Shown: one piece after another, positions 20,824 to 30,026 of the stretch
Position numbering within the stretch: position 1 is the first letter of the stretch
How the letters are laid out: every line of letters starts with the position of its first letter
DNA from: Deltaproteobacteria bacterium
Lineage (GTDB): Bacteria > Desulfobacterota > BSN033 > UBA1163
Direction of reading: 5' to 3'
Assembly: GCA_037444165.1 (NCBI GenBank)
Contig: JBBIMX010000005.1
Coordinates: forward strand, 2,679 to 66,678
Length of the DNA stretch: 64,000 bases
Made by a program: the position numbers and the translations under genes
Notes under the pieces: model-generated
Told to the model about the DNA's origin: nothing
The model's database searches: none
The model's input: the letters and a program-made list of their open reading frames with translations, nothing else

Positions 20824-21849
20824 TTATTTCCCAGGACAGAGAAGACGAATCAGAAAGAAACTCAATCCGGCCATCAAAGCGGAGGCGGGAATCGTAATAA
20901 ACCATGCCACAATGATGGTTTTCGCAACCCCCCAGCGTACCGCAGAGATTCGTTGCCCTGCTCCCACTCCCATGATACTCGAAGAGACGACATGGGTCGT
21001 AGAGACCGGACCTCCTAACAGGGCTGCTCCAAGGATGACCGTGGCCGAGGAAGTCTGAGCGCAGAAGGCATGGATGGCCCTCAATCGGTAGATCCTTGTC
21101 CCTAAGGTTTTAATAATTTTCCATCCTCCACTGGCTGTCCCTAATGCAATGGCTAACGCACAGCTGGCCACCACCCATCTCGGGATTTGAAACGTAGGGG
21201 AGAATCCCATGATGACCAGGGCGAGGGTGATCAACCCCATCGATTTCTGAGCATCGTTGGTTCCATGACTGAGGGAGAGGGCAAGGGAAGAAAGAATCTG
21301 AATTCGATTGAAAAGGTTTTTTATTTTGGGAGTCGCATCTCGAGCGAGATAAACTGTCAGCTTAAAGAAGAGAAGACCAAAGAGAAGGCCAAAAAAGGGA
21401 GAGAGAATCAATACCGCGACCACATAGAGGAGGCCCTTCCACAAGATCTTTTCGGGTCCATAGGCAGCAAGAACGGCCCCTATCATCCCCCCGACCAGGG
21501 CATGAGAGGAACTGGAGGGAAGCCCAAAAAACCAGGTGATGAGATTCCAGGCAATGGCTCCTATTAAAGCGGCAATCAGGAGGCTGATCGAAAGAAACAT
21601 GGCCTCAGGATCAAAAGAGGAGACATCGATGATATTTTTTCCGATCGTTTCAGCCACGGCTGTTCCAAAGAGAAAAGGACCGATCAACTCACCCATCGCG
21701 GCCATGAATAGAGCCTTTTTGGGAGACAGGGCTCCTGTTGTAATGATGGTGGCCACCACATTGGCTGAATCATGAAAGCCATTGGAGTAATCAAAAAAGA
21801 GAGCCAATCCCACCACCAGAATGGCCAGTCCAAGGAGAGGAATTTCCAT
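20824..21849 (-). CDS. pit: inorganic phosphate transporter, PiT family
   Basis: Polytopic membrane protein with GFHDSANVVATII and HGTNDAQKSMG signature repeats. Confidence 0.9.
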   Translation of the reverse strand: MEIPLLGLAILVVGLALFFDYSNGFHDSANVVATIITTGALSPKKALFMAAMGELIGPFLFGTAVAETIGKNIIDVSSFDPEAMFLSISLLIAALIGAIAWNLITWFFGLPSSSSHALVGGMIGAVLAAYGPEKILWKGLLYVVAVLILSPFFGLLFGLLFFKLTVYLARDATPKIKNLFNRIQILSSLALSLSHGTNDAQKSMGLITLALVIMGFSPTFQIPRWVVASCALAIALGTASGGWKIIKTLGTRIYRLRAIHAFCAQTSSATVILGAALLGGPVSTTHVVSSSIMGVGAGQRISAVRWGVAKTIIVAWFITIPASALMAGLSFFLIRLLCPGK

Positions 21850-21867
21850 CACGATTCTCTATTTTAA

Positions 21868-21889
21868 GCTATTTAGCTGTATAGACAGC
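21868..21889 (-). promoter_or_regulatory. 22-bp operator-like motif, site 1 (abuts the -10 of the pit promoter)
   Basis: Read on the minus strand: GCTGTCTATACAGCTAAATAGC. It contains the palindromic core CTGTnTAnACAG (GT-N-TA-N-AC type). 14/22 positions are invariant across the three sites. Confidence 0.5.
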
Positions 21890-21917
21890 TTATAAAGGAA
21901 AAATATAGGAATGTCAA
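21889..21917 (-). promoter_or_regulatory. sigma70-like promoter of the pit-DUF47 operon
   Basis: On the minus strand: TTGACA, 17-nt spacer (TTCCTATATTTTTCCTT), TATAAG. Confidence 0.55.
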
Positions 21918-21949
21918 TAGACTAATTTTTTTCCTCTGTCATCCCATTT

Positions 21950-22990
21950 TCAATCCTTCCCAATCCATCTCACCAGATGCTCAGGTTTGGTAAAAACAAG
22001 GTCAGCTCCTGCTTGGAGAAGCGATTCTTTGGATAACCTTTTTTTAGACCATGAGGCTATAAACCCAATGGCCCACATTCTGACCTTTTTTTTGGCCCTT
22101 TGAGCGGCCATCATGTCATCCACCGAATCGCCCACATAGGCACATCTCGGAGAGGAAAGGCCACTCTCTTCAATCACTCGAAAGAGGGAGTAAGGATGGG
22201 GTTTTGAAAGGGATTTTCTTCTTCTGGTCAAAAGATAGGACCTCTCCTCTTCTTTTCTACACTCATCCAGCGTCACCACAGAGTAGAAATAGGGATCGAT
22301 TTGAAATCTTTTTAAGGCAAGCTCTGCCTCCAGCCTGGGTCTTCCACTGGCAATTCCCATCCTCATCTTTCGATGAAGGGATGAGAGAATCCTTCTCGGG
22401 AAAAGAAGTCTCTCCTTCAAGTAGAGTCCTTTCCCATGGTAAAATAGATTAGGAAGGTGGTAATAAGAAGCAAACTTTTCTCCAAGATAAACCTCCTGAA
22501 AGATTCTTTTTACGAGGTTCTGCTGATTCAGGTCTCCCTGATGATAGACCCATCCTTCCCAGGAATTCTTTAAAGCCAGACGGACCCCTTTTAACCCACC
22601 CTGGTAGAATTTTACTTTTTTTAAAAATGTATCGAAGTCTCTTTTAAAATGGAGTCTATTTTTATCCTTGGGAAACCTTCCCGATTTCTCTCGAAGAGAA
22701 GAAATGGCTTCTTGAATGTGAAGGAATCGCTCCCTTGTTTTACAAGGGGGAAGCCCAGAAAGAGAGACGAGGTAAAGAAGGATCCCTGAAGTCAAATCCC
22801 AGTCGTTATTGAAACCACCTGCCATTTTAAAAAGGGAGACCTCTTCCTCGGTGACCCACTTTTCTCCATTTTCAAATCCTAAGACCGATTTGAGATAGAG
22901 CCCGGTCGTCTTCCGGATGGTTTGACGATAAGATCTTGAGACATCGATCAGAACCCCATCCATATCAAAAATTAAAAGGTCTACTTTCAT
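21950..22990 (-). CDS. HAD-superfamily hydrolase with an unusually large (about 190 aa) cap insertion
   Basis: Motif I LIFDMDGVLID, motif II GIASGR, motif III SKPHP, motif IV VGDSVDDM. It starts 10 nt after the transketolase stop. Confidence 0.75.
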   Translation of the reverse strand: MKVDLLIFDMDGVLIDVSRSYRQTIRKTTGLYLKSVLGFENGEKWVTEEEVSLFKMAGGFNNDWDLTSGILLYLVSLSGLPPCKTRERFLHIQEAISSLREKSGRFPKDKNRLHFKRDFDTFLKKVKFYQGGLKGVRLALKNSWEGWVYHQGDLNQQNLVKRIFQEVYLGEKFASYYHLPNLFYHGKGLYLKERLLFPRRILSSLHRKMRMGIASGRPRLEAELALKRFQIDPYFYSVVTLDECRKEEERSYLLTRRRKSLSKPHPYSLFRVIEESGLSSPRCAYVGDSVDDMMAAQRAKKKVRMWAIGFIASWSKKRLSKESLLQAGADLVFTKPEHLVRWIGKD

Positions 22991-23000
22991 AGGATCGATT

Positions 23001-24932
23001 TCAAATTCTCCTTACCTCATAAAGGACCGTTTGAATCAGACTCTCCACATCCAATCCCTGCATTCGGTAAAGATCGTCCGGTTTCCCAGAAGCCCCATAG
23101 GAGGTAATTCCCATCTTACGGAAACGAATGGAAAGACCCTCTTCAGCAATCACACTTCCAATGAGGCTTCCGAGACCAGTCTCCACATGGTGATCCTCGT
23201 AGGTGACCACCACCCCTGTTCGGCAGGCATGAAGGATGGCTTCTCGATCTAAATCGCTCAGGCAGGAGAGGTGGAGGACCTGGACTTCTACTCCTTCTTC
23301 CTTCAGTTTTTCCCAGGCTTGAATGGCTCGATGAAGCATTCCACCCGTGGTAAGGATGGCTCCATCATGGCCTCGACGAATCAGGTCTGCCTTTCCATAT
23401 CGAAACTCATAAGGCGGTCCGAAGTAGGGCGTTCCCTCTTCAGAAAGGATGATGGGGGTTGGGGAACGACCCATCGCCACCAAAAAGTTCCCGGGTGTCT
23501 TTGCGACATATCGAATCACCCGGTCCGTTTGATTCGGATCGGCTGGAAGAATAATCTTGTAGCCGAAGAGATTTCGCATCACCCCTATATAATCGATACA
23601 CTGATGGGTATTCCCATCCTCACCCACATCCAGCCCATTATGGGTGCAGATGAGTTTAAGATTGGTTCCGTTGATATCATTGAGCCGATGTTGATTGTAG
23701 GTCTCATCCACTCCAAAGACCCCAAAGTCAGCAAAGAAGGAGATGAAATTGACGGTCGAGATAGCTCCAGCGATCGTTGCCGTATTATGTTCCTGAATTC
23801 CCCCTTGGAAAAAGTGTGTCGGGAACTGTTTCGAAAAGGCATTAGTCTTTGTGGAGGGGGCCAGATCACAGTCAAAAACAACCAGTGGAAGAGAACCATC
23901 TTTCCGGAGATTGACCGAGCCCAGATCCACCAGGGCATTCCCAAAGGCGGATCGATTATCCAATTTTTGGTCTTTCCCATAGGTTCTGGGTGTTCCTGTC
24001 TCAATGGATGGAATTTCTATCGGATATTTTTGAGGGGGCCAAAAGAACTCCCCTTTTTCACGCCTCTGACGATAATAGGAGAGATCGTCCTCCAACCCCA
24101 ATTCCTTCATTGCCCTTTGAAACTCTTCATAGGTCAAGGCCCTTCCATGATACTCCTCCTTTCCTTCCATAAAGGAGACCCCTTTCCCCATGGTCGTCCG
24201 TGCGAGGATCATGACAGGGCGAGGGGAAAGAGTGGCTTTTCGGAGGGCCTCGTAGATTTCCTGAAATTGATGGCCATCGATTTCGATGACTTCCCATCCA
24301 TCGGATTCATAATTCTTTGCAATGTTCTGGGGCATGATCTCACAGGTGACCCCACTGATCTGTCGGCAGTTGTAATCGATGATCACGGTGAGATTATGGA
24401 GACCATATTTCACAGCAAACCTTCGGGCCTCAGAGATCTGTCCTTTTTGTTGCTCTCCACATCCCATCGTCACAAAGACGTGAAACCCTCTCCCCAATAG
24501 CTTTGAAGCAAGGGCGAACCCACACCCTGCAGAGAGTCCCTGCCCCAGATTCCCGGTATTCCACTCGATTCCAGGAACCCCTTTCTCCACATGTCCTTCA
24601 AAGGCAGAGCCTGCCTTTCTAAAATTGACAAGGGCGGCTTCAATAGGAAAAAATCCGATCCTCCCCAGCGCCGCATAGGCCCCTGGAGAGGTGTGTCCGT
24701 GACTGATGATGATCCTATCCCGATCCGGGTGATAGGGAGATTGGGGATCTACAGCTGCGTAGGAGTAAAGGACCAAATAAAAATCGATAGAGGACATCGA
24801 GCCTCCTGGGTGGCCAGAACCGGCCAGGGTCGTCATTTTCAAGATATCGCCCCTGGCTAGACGCGAAAGTTCAGTTAATCTCTTGATAGAAGGGTCATCC
24901 AACTTTTCAGCCTGAAATCTTTTCCCAATCAT
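23001..24932 (-). CDS. tkt: transketolase (single-chain version of the short/split type)
   Basis: ThDP motif TLAGSGHPGGSMS, GNLGQGLS and GEDGNTHQ. ATG 24932 has a GGAGGG SD; the ORF-track start at 24953 has none. Confidence 0.9.
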   Translation of the reverse strand: MIGKRFQAEKLDDPSIKRLTELSRLARGDILKMTTLAGSGHPGGSMSSIDFYLVLYSYAAVDPQSPYHPDRDRIIISHGHTSPGAYAALGRIGFFPIEAALVNFRKAGSAFEGHVEKGVPGIEWNTGNLGQGLSAGCGFALASKLLGRGFHVFVTMGCGEQQKGQISEARRFAVKYGLHNLTVIIDYNCRQISGVTCEIMPQNIAKNYESDGWEVIEIDGHQFQEIYEALRKATLSPRPVMILARTTMGKGVSFMEGKEEYHGRALTYEEFQRAMKELGLEDDLSYYRQRREKGEFFWPPQKYPIEIPSIETGTPRTYGKDQKLDNRSAFGNALVDLGSVNLRKDGSLPLVVFDCDLAPSTKTNAFSKQFPTHFFQGGIQEHNTATIAGAISTVNFISFFADFGVFGVDETYNQHRLNDINGTNLKLICTHNGLDVGEDGNTHQCIDYIGVMRNLFGYKIILPADPNQTDRVIRYVAKTPGNFLVAMGRSPTPIILSEEGTPYFGPPYEFRYGKADLIRRGHDGAILTTGGMLHRAIQAWEKLKEEGVEVQVLHLSCLSDLDREAILHACRTGVVVTYEDHHVETGLGSLIGSVIAEEGLSIRFRKMGITSYGASGKPDDLYRMQGLDVESLIQTVLYEVRRI

Positions 24933-25093
24933 CTTTCCCTCCTCGAATGGCATAGAACATAGAAATGAAAGAGAGATTAGAGATCCATGATGAGTGATTG
25001 AAAGATACTCTTAACATATCGATCATCTTTTTAAAAGAGGATATTGACGAAGGCCCTCATCGGTGTGATATGTTTTTAAAGGAGTCATTTGGA

Positions 25094-25864
25094 ATGAAAG
25101 GCATGGAATATCAGGGGCAAAGGATTCCCTGTGACCTCGTTATCTTAGATAAGGATGGGACCCTCATTGATTTTACCGCCACCTGGGTTCCTCTCATACG
25201 AAAAAGGGTAGCCTTTGTTTTAAAAAGATTAGGAAGAAATGGGGAGTTAGAACAATTTTTACTGAAGGCCTGGGGGATTGATCCCATCTCTAAACGTGTG
25301 GACCCCAGAGGCCCTTGTCCGGTTTCACCCCGGTCTGATGAGATTGTTATCGGCACGATGGCTCTCTACCAGCGAGGATACCCATGGGATGAAGCAAAAC
25401 TCCTCGTCTCGCAGGCCTTTGATGAAGCCGATGCAGACGAGGATTGGCGGAAGAAAGTGGTTCCAATCGATGGGATCCAAACCTTTCTTTTAAATTTGAA
25501 GAAGAACGGATTTTTGACGGCATTGGCCACCTCTGATGAGCGAAGGGATACAGAGGCCATTCTTCAGCATCTCAGGTTAGAAGATCTGTTTGATATGGTT
25601 CTCTGTTCAGGAGAGGTGAGTTCCCCAAAACCTCATCCTGAAACCATTCATCACATCTGTCAAAAACTTTCCGTTTCTCCTTCGAGGGCCATTATGATCG
25701 GGGACTCCGTGACGGACATGGTGATGGGAAAGCAAGCGGGAGTAGCCTTATCCATCGGAGTCCTTGAAGGTGGGGTCACCCCAAAAGAGGAGTTAGAGAA
25801 GGTCGCAGACCTTGTGGTGTATTCTATTCGTGAGTTGAAGTTTGACCGCTGGAATGAGCAGTGA
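25094..25864 (+). CDS. HAD-IA family phosphatase (phosphoglycolate-phosphatase-like)
   Basis: DLVILDKDGTLIDF (motif I), ALATSD (II), SPKPHPE (III), IGDSVTDMVMG (IV). The AAGGAG SD sits 9 nt before ATG 25094. Confidence 0.75.
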   Translation: MKGMEYQGQRIPCDLVILDKDGTLIDFTATWVPLIRKRVAFVLKRLGRNGELEQFLLKAWGIDPISKRVDPRGPCPVSPRSDEIVIGTMALYQRGYPWDEAKLLVSQAFDEADADEDWRKKVVPIDGIQTFLLNLKKNGFLTALATSDERRDTEAILQHLRLEDLFDMVLCSGEVSSPKPHPETIHHICQKLSVSPSRAIMIGDSVTDMVMGKQAGVALSIGVLEGGVTPKEELEKVADLVVYSIRELKFDRWNEQ

Positions 25865-25870
25865 GAGAAG

Positions 25871-25899
25871 TTGACAAAAAAGAGAGACTTAGATATAAA
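25871..25899 (+). promoter_or_regulatory. strong sigma70-like promoter for the solute-binding-protein gene
   Basis: TTGACA, 17-nt spacer, TATAAA. Confidence 0.55.
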
Positions 25900-26016
25900 G
25901 ACCTTGTCATTGTCAGGGAGGGATCAAAACAAAAAGAAAGGAGGTGGAGGGAGAAGGACAAGGAGAAAAAAGAGTGGAAAGAATCGTAAAATTAAATTCA
26001 AAAGGAGGTTAAAGGG

Positions 26017-27027
26017 ATGAAGAGAAAATGGATGGTTTGCCTGATCAGTGTCATAATGGTATTTTTTATTGGTAGGATCGGGTTGGCTAAGGAGAAAGTC
26101 ACAGTCTATACCTCTCTCGAGACCGATGAGATCGTGAAATATTTGGAGGTGGCGCGGAAGGATTTGCCCGATCTTGAGATTGATATTATTCGACTCTCCA
26201 CAGGGGAGTTGGGAGCCAGGATGTTGGCTGAAAAGGATAATCCTCAGGCTGATTGTATCTGGGGATGGGCGGTCACGAATATGGAACAGTTCATTCCCTT
26301 AAAGATGCTGGAGCCCTATAAGCCTAAAGGGGTTGAGAAATTGGAGAAGCGATTCGTCCATCCTGAATACTACTATGTCGGGATCGACATGTATATTGCG
26401 GCCTTCTGTGTGAATACCAAGGTGATGAAAGAGAAAGACCTCCCTATGCCTAAAGGGTGGAATGATTTACTCCATCCAAAATTTAAGGGGTTAATCGCGA
26501 TGCCTAACCCTGTGGCCTCTGGAACCGGGTTTTTACAAATTTCGAGTATCCTTCAGATGTATGGGGCTAAAGAGGGAAAAGAGGACGGTTGGGAGTTCCT
26601 GAAGAAGTTAGACAAAAATATTGGTCAATATATTAAGAGCGGTTCGAGACCTGCCAAAATGACGGCCCAGGGAGAGTTTGCTGTGGGATGTTCTTTCGAT
26701 TTTGTAGTGGCCGAGCAGAAAAAATTGGGATTTCCTGTCGAGTTTGTCTTTCCCATCGAAGGGGCAGGTTATGAGGTGGAGGCCAATGCCTTAATGAAGG
26801 GAGCAAAAAATCCACGAGCGGCCAAGAAGTTCCTGGATTGGGCCATCAGTGAGAATGCCATGAAGGAGTATGCCAAGTTTAAATATGGGGTGACTCTCCC
26901 AGGTATCCCCACCCGGCCTGACCTCCCGAAACTTTCTGAAATTAAACTCTATCCTATGGATTTTGCTTGGCAGGCGAAGAATCGTGATGCCATTCTTAAG
27001 AAATGGGAGAGCCTCTTCCTAAGATGA
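26017..27027 (+). CDS. ABC transporter periplasmic solute-binding protein (AfuA/FbpA / putative-aminoethylphosphonate PhnS2-like class)
   Basis: Signal peptide MKRKWMVCLISVIMVFFIGRIGLA. VTVYTSLETDE...STGELGARMLAEKDNPQADCIWG is typical of the COG1840-type binding proteins as I remember them. Confidence 0.7.
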   Translation: MKRKWMVCLISVIMVFFIGRIGLAKEKVTVYTSLETDEIVKYLEVARKDLPDLEIDIIRLSTGELGARMLAEKDNPQADCIWGWAVTNMEQFIPLKMLEPYKPKGVEKLEKRFVHPEYYYVGIDMYIAAFCVNTKVMKEKDLPMPKGWNDLLHPKFKGLIAMPNPVASGTGFLQISSILQMYGAKEGKEDGWEFLKKLDKNIGQYIKSGSRPAKMTAQGEFAVGCSFDFVVAEQKKLGFPVEFVFPIEGAGYEVEANALMKGAKNPRAAKKFLDWAISENAMKEYAKFKYGVTLPGIPTRPDLPKLSEIKLYPMDFAWQAKNRDAILKKWESLFLR

Positions 27028-27046
27028 TCAGAAAAGGATTTCTAAA

Positions 27047-27080
27047 GGGCATCCCGAATCGAAGGGGGATGCCCTTTTTT
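27047..27080 (+). terminator. rho-independent terminator after the binding-protein gene
   Basis: GGGCATCCC / GGGATGCCC stem followed by TTTTTT. Confidence 0.75.
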
Positions 27081-27081
27081 A

Positions 27082-27110
27082 TTGACAATCCTTTCAAATT
27101 CGATTAAATG
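27082..27110 (+). promoter_or_regulatory. sigma70-like promoter for the ATPase-permease-GntR unit
   Basis: TTGACA, 17-nt spacer, TAAATG. It has the same geometry relative to the operator motif as the pit promoter. Confidence 0.5.
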
Positions 27111-27131
27111 CTATTTAGACAGCTAAACAGC
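27110..27131 (+). promoter_or_regulatory. 22-bp operator-like motif, site 2
   Basis: GCTATTTAGACAGCTAAACAGC, an imperfect palindrome (GCTATTTAG-ACAG-CTAAACAGC). Its first base is the last base of the -10 hexamer. Confidence 0.5.
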
Positions 27132-27184
27132 CTTAACTTTACCCTCGATGGGGAGAAGGAGAGACTCCTATAAGGAATAAAAAG

Positions 27185-28270
27185 ATGGGAAGAAATCTTC
27201 AATTAGAGAATCTGACCAAACGATTCGGGAATTTGACCGCAGTGGACCATGTCAATCTGGAGATTGAAGAGGGCGAATTTATCTGCTTTTTAGGTCCAAG
27301 CGGCTGTGGGAAGACCACCGTTTTACGAATGATCACGGGGTTTGAGACCGTAACCGAAGGAAAGATCATCTTTGATGGAAAGGTGATCAATGACCTCATC
27401 CCCCAGAAGAGAGAATTTGGGATTGTTTTTCAATCCTATGCCCTTTTCCCGAATATGACCGTGGAGGAGAATATCGCCTTTGGTCTTAAAGTGAGAAAGA
27501 GGCCGAAGAAGGAGATTGAAGAGAGGGTCGATCAGATGCTGGATCTGGTAGGACTTCGGGAATGGAGAAAACTCTATCCGGCTCAACTCAGCGGGGGGCA
27601 GCAACAGAGGGTCGCATTGGTTCGAGCACTTGCCCCTGACCCTCAGGTTCTTCTTTTGGATGAGCCCCTCAGTGCCCTGGATGCAAAGATTCGGGTTCGC
27701 CTCAGAGCTGAGATCAAGAGGCTCCAGCAAGAATTGAAAAAGACCATGATCTATGTGACCCATGACCAGGAAGAGGCCCTCTCCATTGCTGACCGGGTGG
27801 TCGTCATGGAGGCAGGCCAGTTTCGGCAGGTAGGAAGACCCGTAGAGATTTATCAATCTCCCAACTCCAGCTTCGTGGCCGATTTTGTGGGAACGTCCAA
27901 TTTCTTCCGAGGGGTTCGGAATGGAGATCGGGTTCAAACAGAAAGAAGGGATTTTAGAATCGCCCGATTCGAATCCCTCACTGAAAGGGAGATCTTTCTG
28001 GCTATCCGACCCGAAAAGATAGAGGTGTTTAAATTAGGAGAATTCCCGGAGGGGGTGGAGAAGTCGAACCTCGCCAGAGGACGAATCGATGTGATCACCT
28101 TCTTAGGAGCGGCGGTACGACTCACGATTAACTTAGAAGGAGAGGAAGTGATCTCCGATATCATTGAAAAGGAGTTTTCCCGAAAAGAGTTTAAGCAGGG
28201 GGAAGAAGTCCATCTCTATTTTCCTCCAGAGGCCTTTATGGTCTTTTCCGCAAAAGAGGGATCTCGGTGA
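27185..28270 (+). CDS. ABC transporter ATP-binding protein (PotA/FbpC type with TOBE-like C-domain)
   Basis: Walker A GPSGCGKTT, signature LSGGQQQRV, Walker B LLLDEPLSALD, plus a C-terminal extension of about 120 aa. Confidence 0.9.
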   Translation: MGRNLQLENLTKRFGNLTAVDHVNLEIEEGEFICFLGPSGCGKTTVLRMITGFETVTEGKIIFDGKVINDLIPQKREFGIVFQSYALFPNMTVEENIAFGLKVRKRPKKEIEERVDQMLDLVGLREWRKLYPAQLSGGQQQRVALVRALAPDPQVLLLDEPLSALDAKIRVRLRAEIKRLQQELKKTMIYVTHDQEEALSIADRVVVMEAGQFRQVGRPVEIYQSPNSSFVADFVGTSNFFRGVRNGDRVQTERRDFRIARFESLTEREIFLAIRPEKIEVFKLGEFPEGVEKSNLARGRIDVITFLGAAVRLTINLEGEEVISDIIEKEFSRKEFKQGEEVHLYFPPEAFMVFSAKEGSR

Positions 28271-30015
28271 GATCAAAGAAAGAGGTTCAGGGACTTACGA
28301 TTTCGGCTCCTGTGAGCCGTGACCGATGGCTGGTCGGAGTGACGATGGGGATCCTTCTGGCCATTCTCGCCTTTTTCATGCTCTACCCGGTCTATGATAT
28401 TTGTAAACTGAGTTTCCTCAAAGAGGGGATGTTCACCCTCAAGAACTATCAGTCCTATTTTTCGAACCCGAGGATGTTTCGGTCCCTGACCAACAGTCTC
28501 TATGTCTCTTTCGTGACCACGGTGATCACCACCTTTTTTTCCTTCTTCTTCGCCTATGGATTGACCCGAACGACGATTCCAGGCAAGAATATTTTCTACA
28601 CCATTTCTACCTTCCCCCTCATTGCCCCTTCGATCATTCAAGGTCTGGCCCTCATCCTGCTCTTTGGAAGAAACGGATTGATTACCCGCCATCTTCTTAA
28701 CACGGACTGGAATATTTATGGAGCAACGGGGATCATTGTGGCTGAATGCCTCTACTGTTTTCCCAATGCCCTCTTTATCCTCTACACGACCCTTTCGGCG
28801 GTGGACACTCGGCTCGATGAGGCAGCCCAGAGCCTCGGTGCCTCGGCTTTAAAGACCTTTTTCAAAGTGACCCTTCCTTCCGCGAAATATGGAATTGCCA
28901 GTGCCGCCGCGCTGGTATTTAATTTGACCATCACGGATTTTGGCGTTCCTGTGGTCATTGGAGGAAACTACAGTGTCCTTGCCACAGAGATCTACCAGCA
29001 AGTCATCGGAATGCAACGATTCGATTTAGGGGCGACCATCAGTGTCATTCTCCTGATTCCTTCCGTCGGGGCTTTTTTGCTCAACTATTATCTCACGAAA
29101 AGGAGTTATGCCTTGATCAGTGGGCAGGCCCGCCCGTTCCTTCAGCCTTCCAGACCCTTTAAAAAATGGGCCTTCACGATCTACTGCTGGATTCCGAGCG
29201 CCTTCATTCTTATTGTATTTATCACTGTCTTTGCGGGTTCCTTGGTGAAGACCTGGCCCTATGATTTTACCCTGACTCTCCAACATTTCGATTTCCCATC
29301 CCTGGGAGGAAATGCCCCTCTCTGGACCAAATTCTGGGCCTCCGTTCTGGATGGGGAGTGGAAGTCCCTGATCGCTTATAAATATGCTCCTATTTGGAAT
29401 AGCCTTTGGGTCTCGGTGTTGGTCGCTTTAGGAGGGGCCTCATTGACCCTTCTGGCCGGTTATGTCGTCGAAAAGAAGAGACCCAGAGGGGTAGGAATCC
29501 TTTATACGCTCAGCGTATTGCCTGCCGCCATTCCTGGAACGGTAATGGGATTGGGCTATATTCTGGCCTTCAACAAACCCTATTTCTTTATCTATGGAAC
29601 CTTCTGGATTATCATCATCAATATTATCATCTGTAATTTCACCTTGGGGACCCTCTCCAGCATTGCCAATCTGAAACAGATCGATCGGTCCATTGAAGAG
29701 GCCGCCATCAGTTTAGGGGCTGATCCCATTAAGACCTTCACTCAAGTCGTCTTTCCTCTTACGAAGACGGCCTTCTTTTCCAATATCACGTTCTTCTTTA
29801 TGAGGGCGATGACGACCATCAGCGCGGTGATCTTCTTGGTTTCGGCTAAGGTGAAGCTGGCAGCGATTGAGATCATCTTTCTGGATATCGATGGCCGAAC
29901 GGCCAGTGCCAATGCCATGTGCACCATCATCATCCTTCTCGTCGTCGCTATGCTCGTAGCCATGAGATTGATCACCGGGAAATCAGGGCTAAAGGGAATG
30001 AGCGCGACAGCCTGA
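28267..30015 (+). CDS. ABC transporter permease, fused double-domain (about 12 TM)
   Basis: 582 aa with two tandem permease halves, each carrying an EAA-like loop (DEAAQSLGAS..., EEAAISLGAD...). The GTG start overlaps the ATPase stop. Confidence 0.85.
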   Translation: MRSKKEVQGLTISAPVSRDRWLVGVTMGILLAILAFFMLYPVYDICKLSFLKEGMFTLKNYQSYFSNPRMFRSLTNSLYVSFVTTVITTFFSFFFAYGLTRTTIPGKNIFYTISTFPLIAPSIIQGLALILLFGRNGLITRHLLNTDWNIYGATGIIVAECLYCFPNALFILYTTLSAVDTRLDEAAQSLGASALKTFFKVTLPSAKYGIASAAALVFNLTITDFGVPVVIGGNYSVLATEIYQQVIGMQRFDLGATISVILLIPSVGAFLLNYYLTKRSYALISGQARPFLQPSRPFKKWAFTIYCWIPSAFILIVFITVFAGSLVKTWPYDFTLTLQHFDFPSLGGNAPLWTKFWASVLDGEWKSLIAYKYAPIWNSLWVSVLVALGGASLTLLAGYVVEKKRPRGVGILYTLSVLPAAIPGTVMGLGYILAFNKPYFFIYGTFWIIIINIIICNFTLGTLSSIANLKQIDRSIEEAAISLGADPIKTFTQVVFPLTKTAFFSNITFFFMRAMTTISAVIFLVSAKVKLAAIEIIFLDIDGRTASANAMCTIIILLVVAMLVAMRLITGKSGLKGMSATA

Positions 30016-30026
30016 AAGGAGGGATC

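Noticed and set aside
23271-24500. 409-aa ORF on the + strand, antisense to transketolase
   Set aside because: It lies entirely inside a strongly conserved minus-strand gene. It has no recognisable motifs, no SD, and a low-complexity R/S/G/H-rich composition typical of shadow frames.
25904-25916. TTGTCATTGTCAG at the binding-protein promoter as a Pho box
   Set aside because: The TGTCA repeats are adjacent (6-nt period), whereas PhoB-type boxes have an 11-nt period. There is only a single occurrence.
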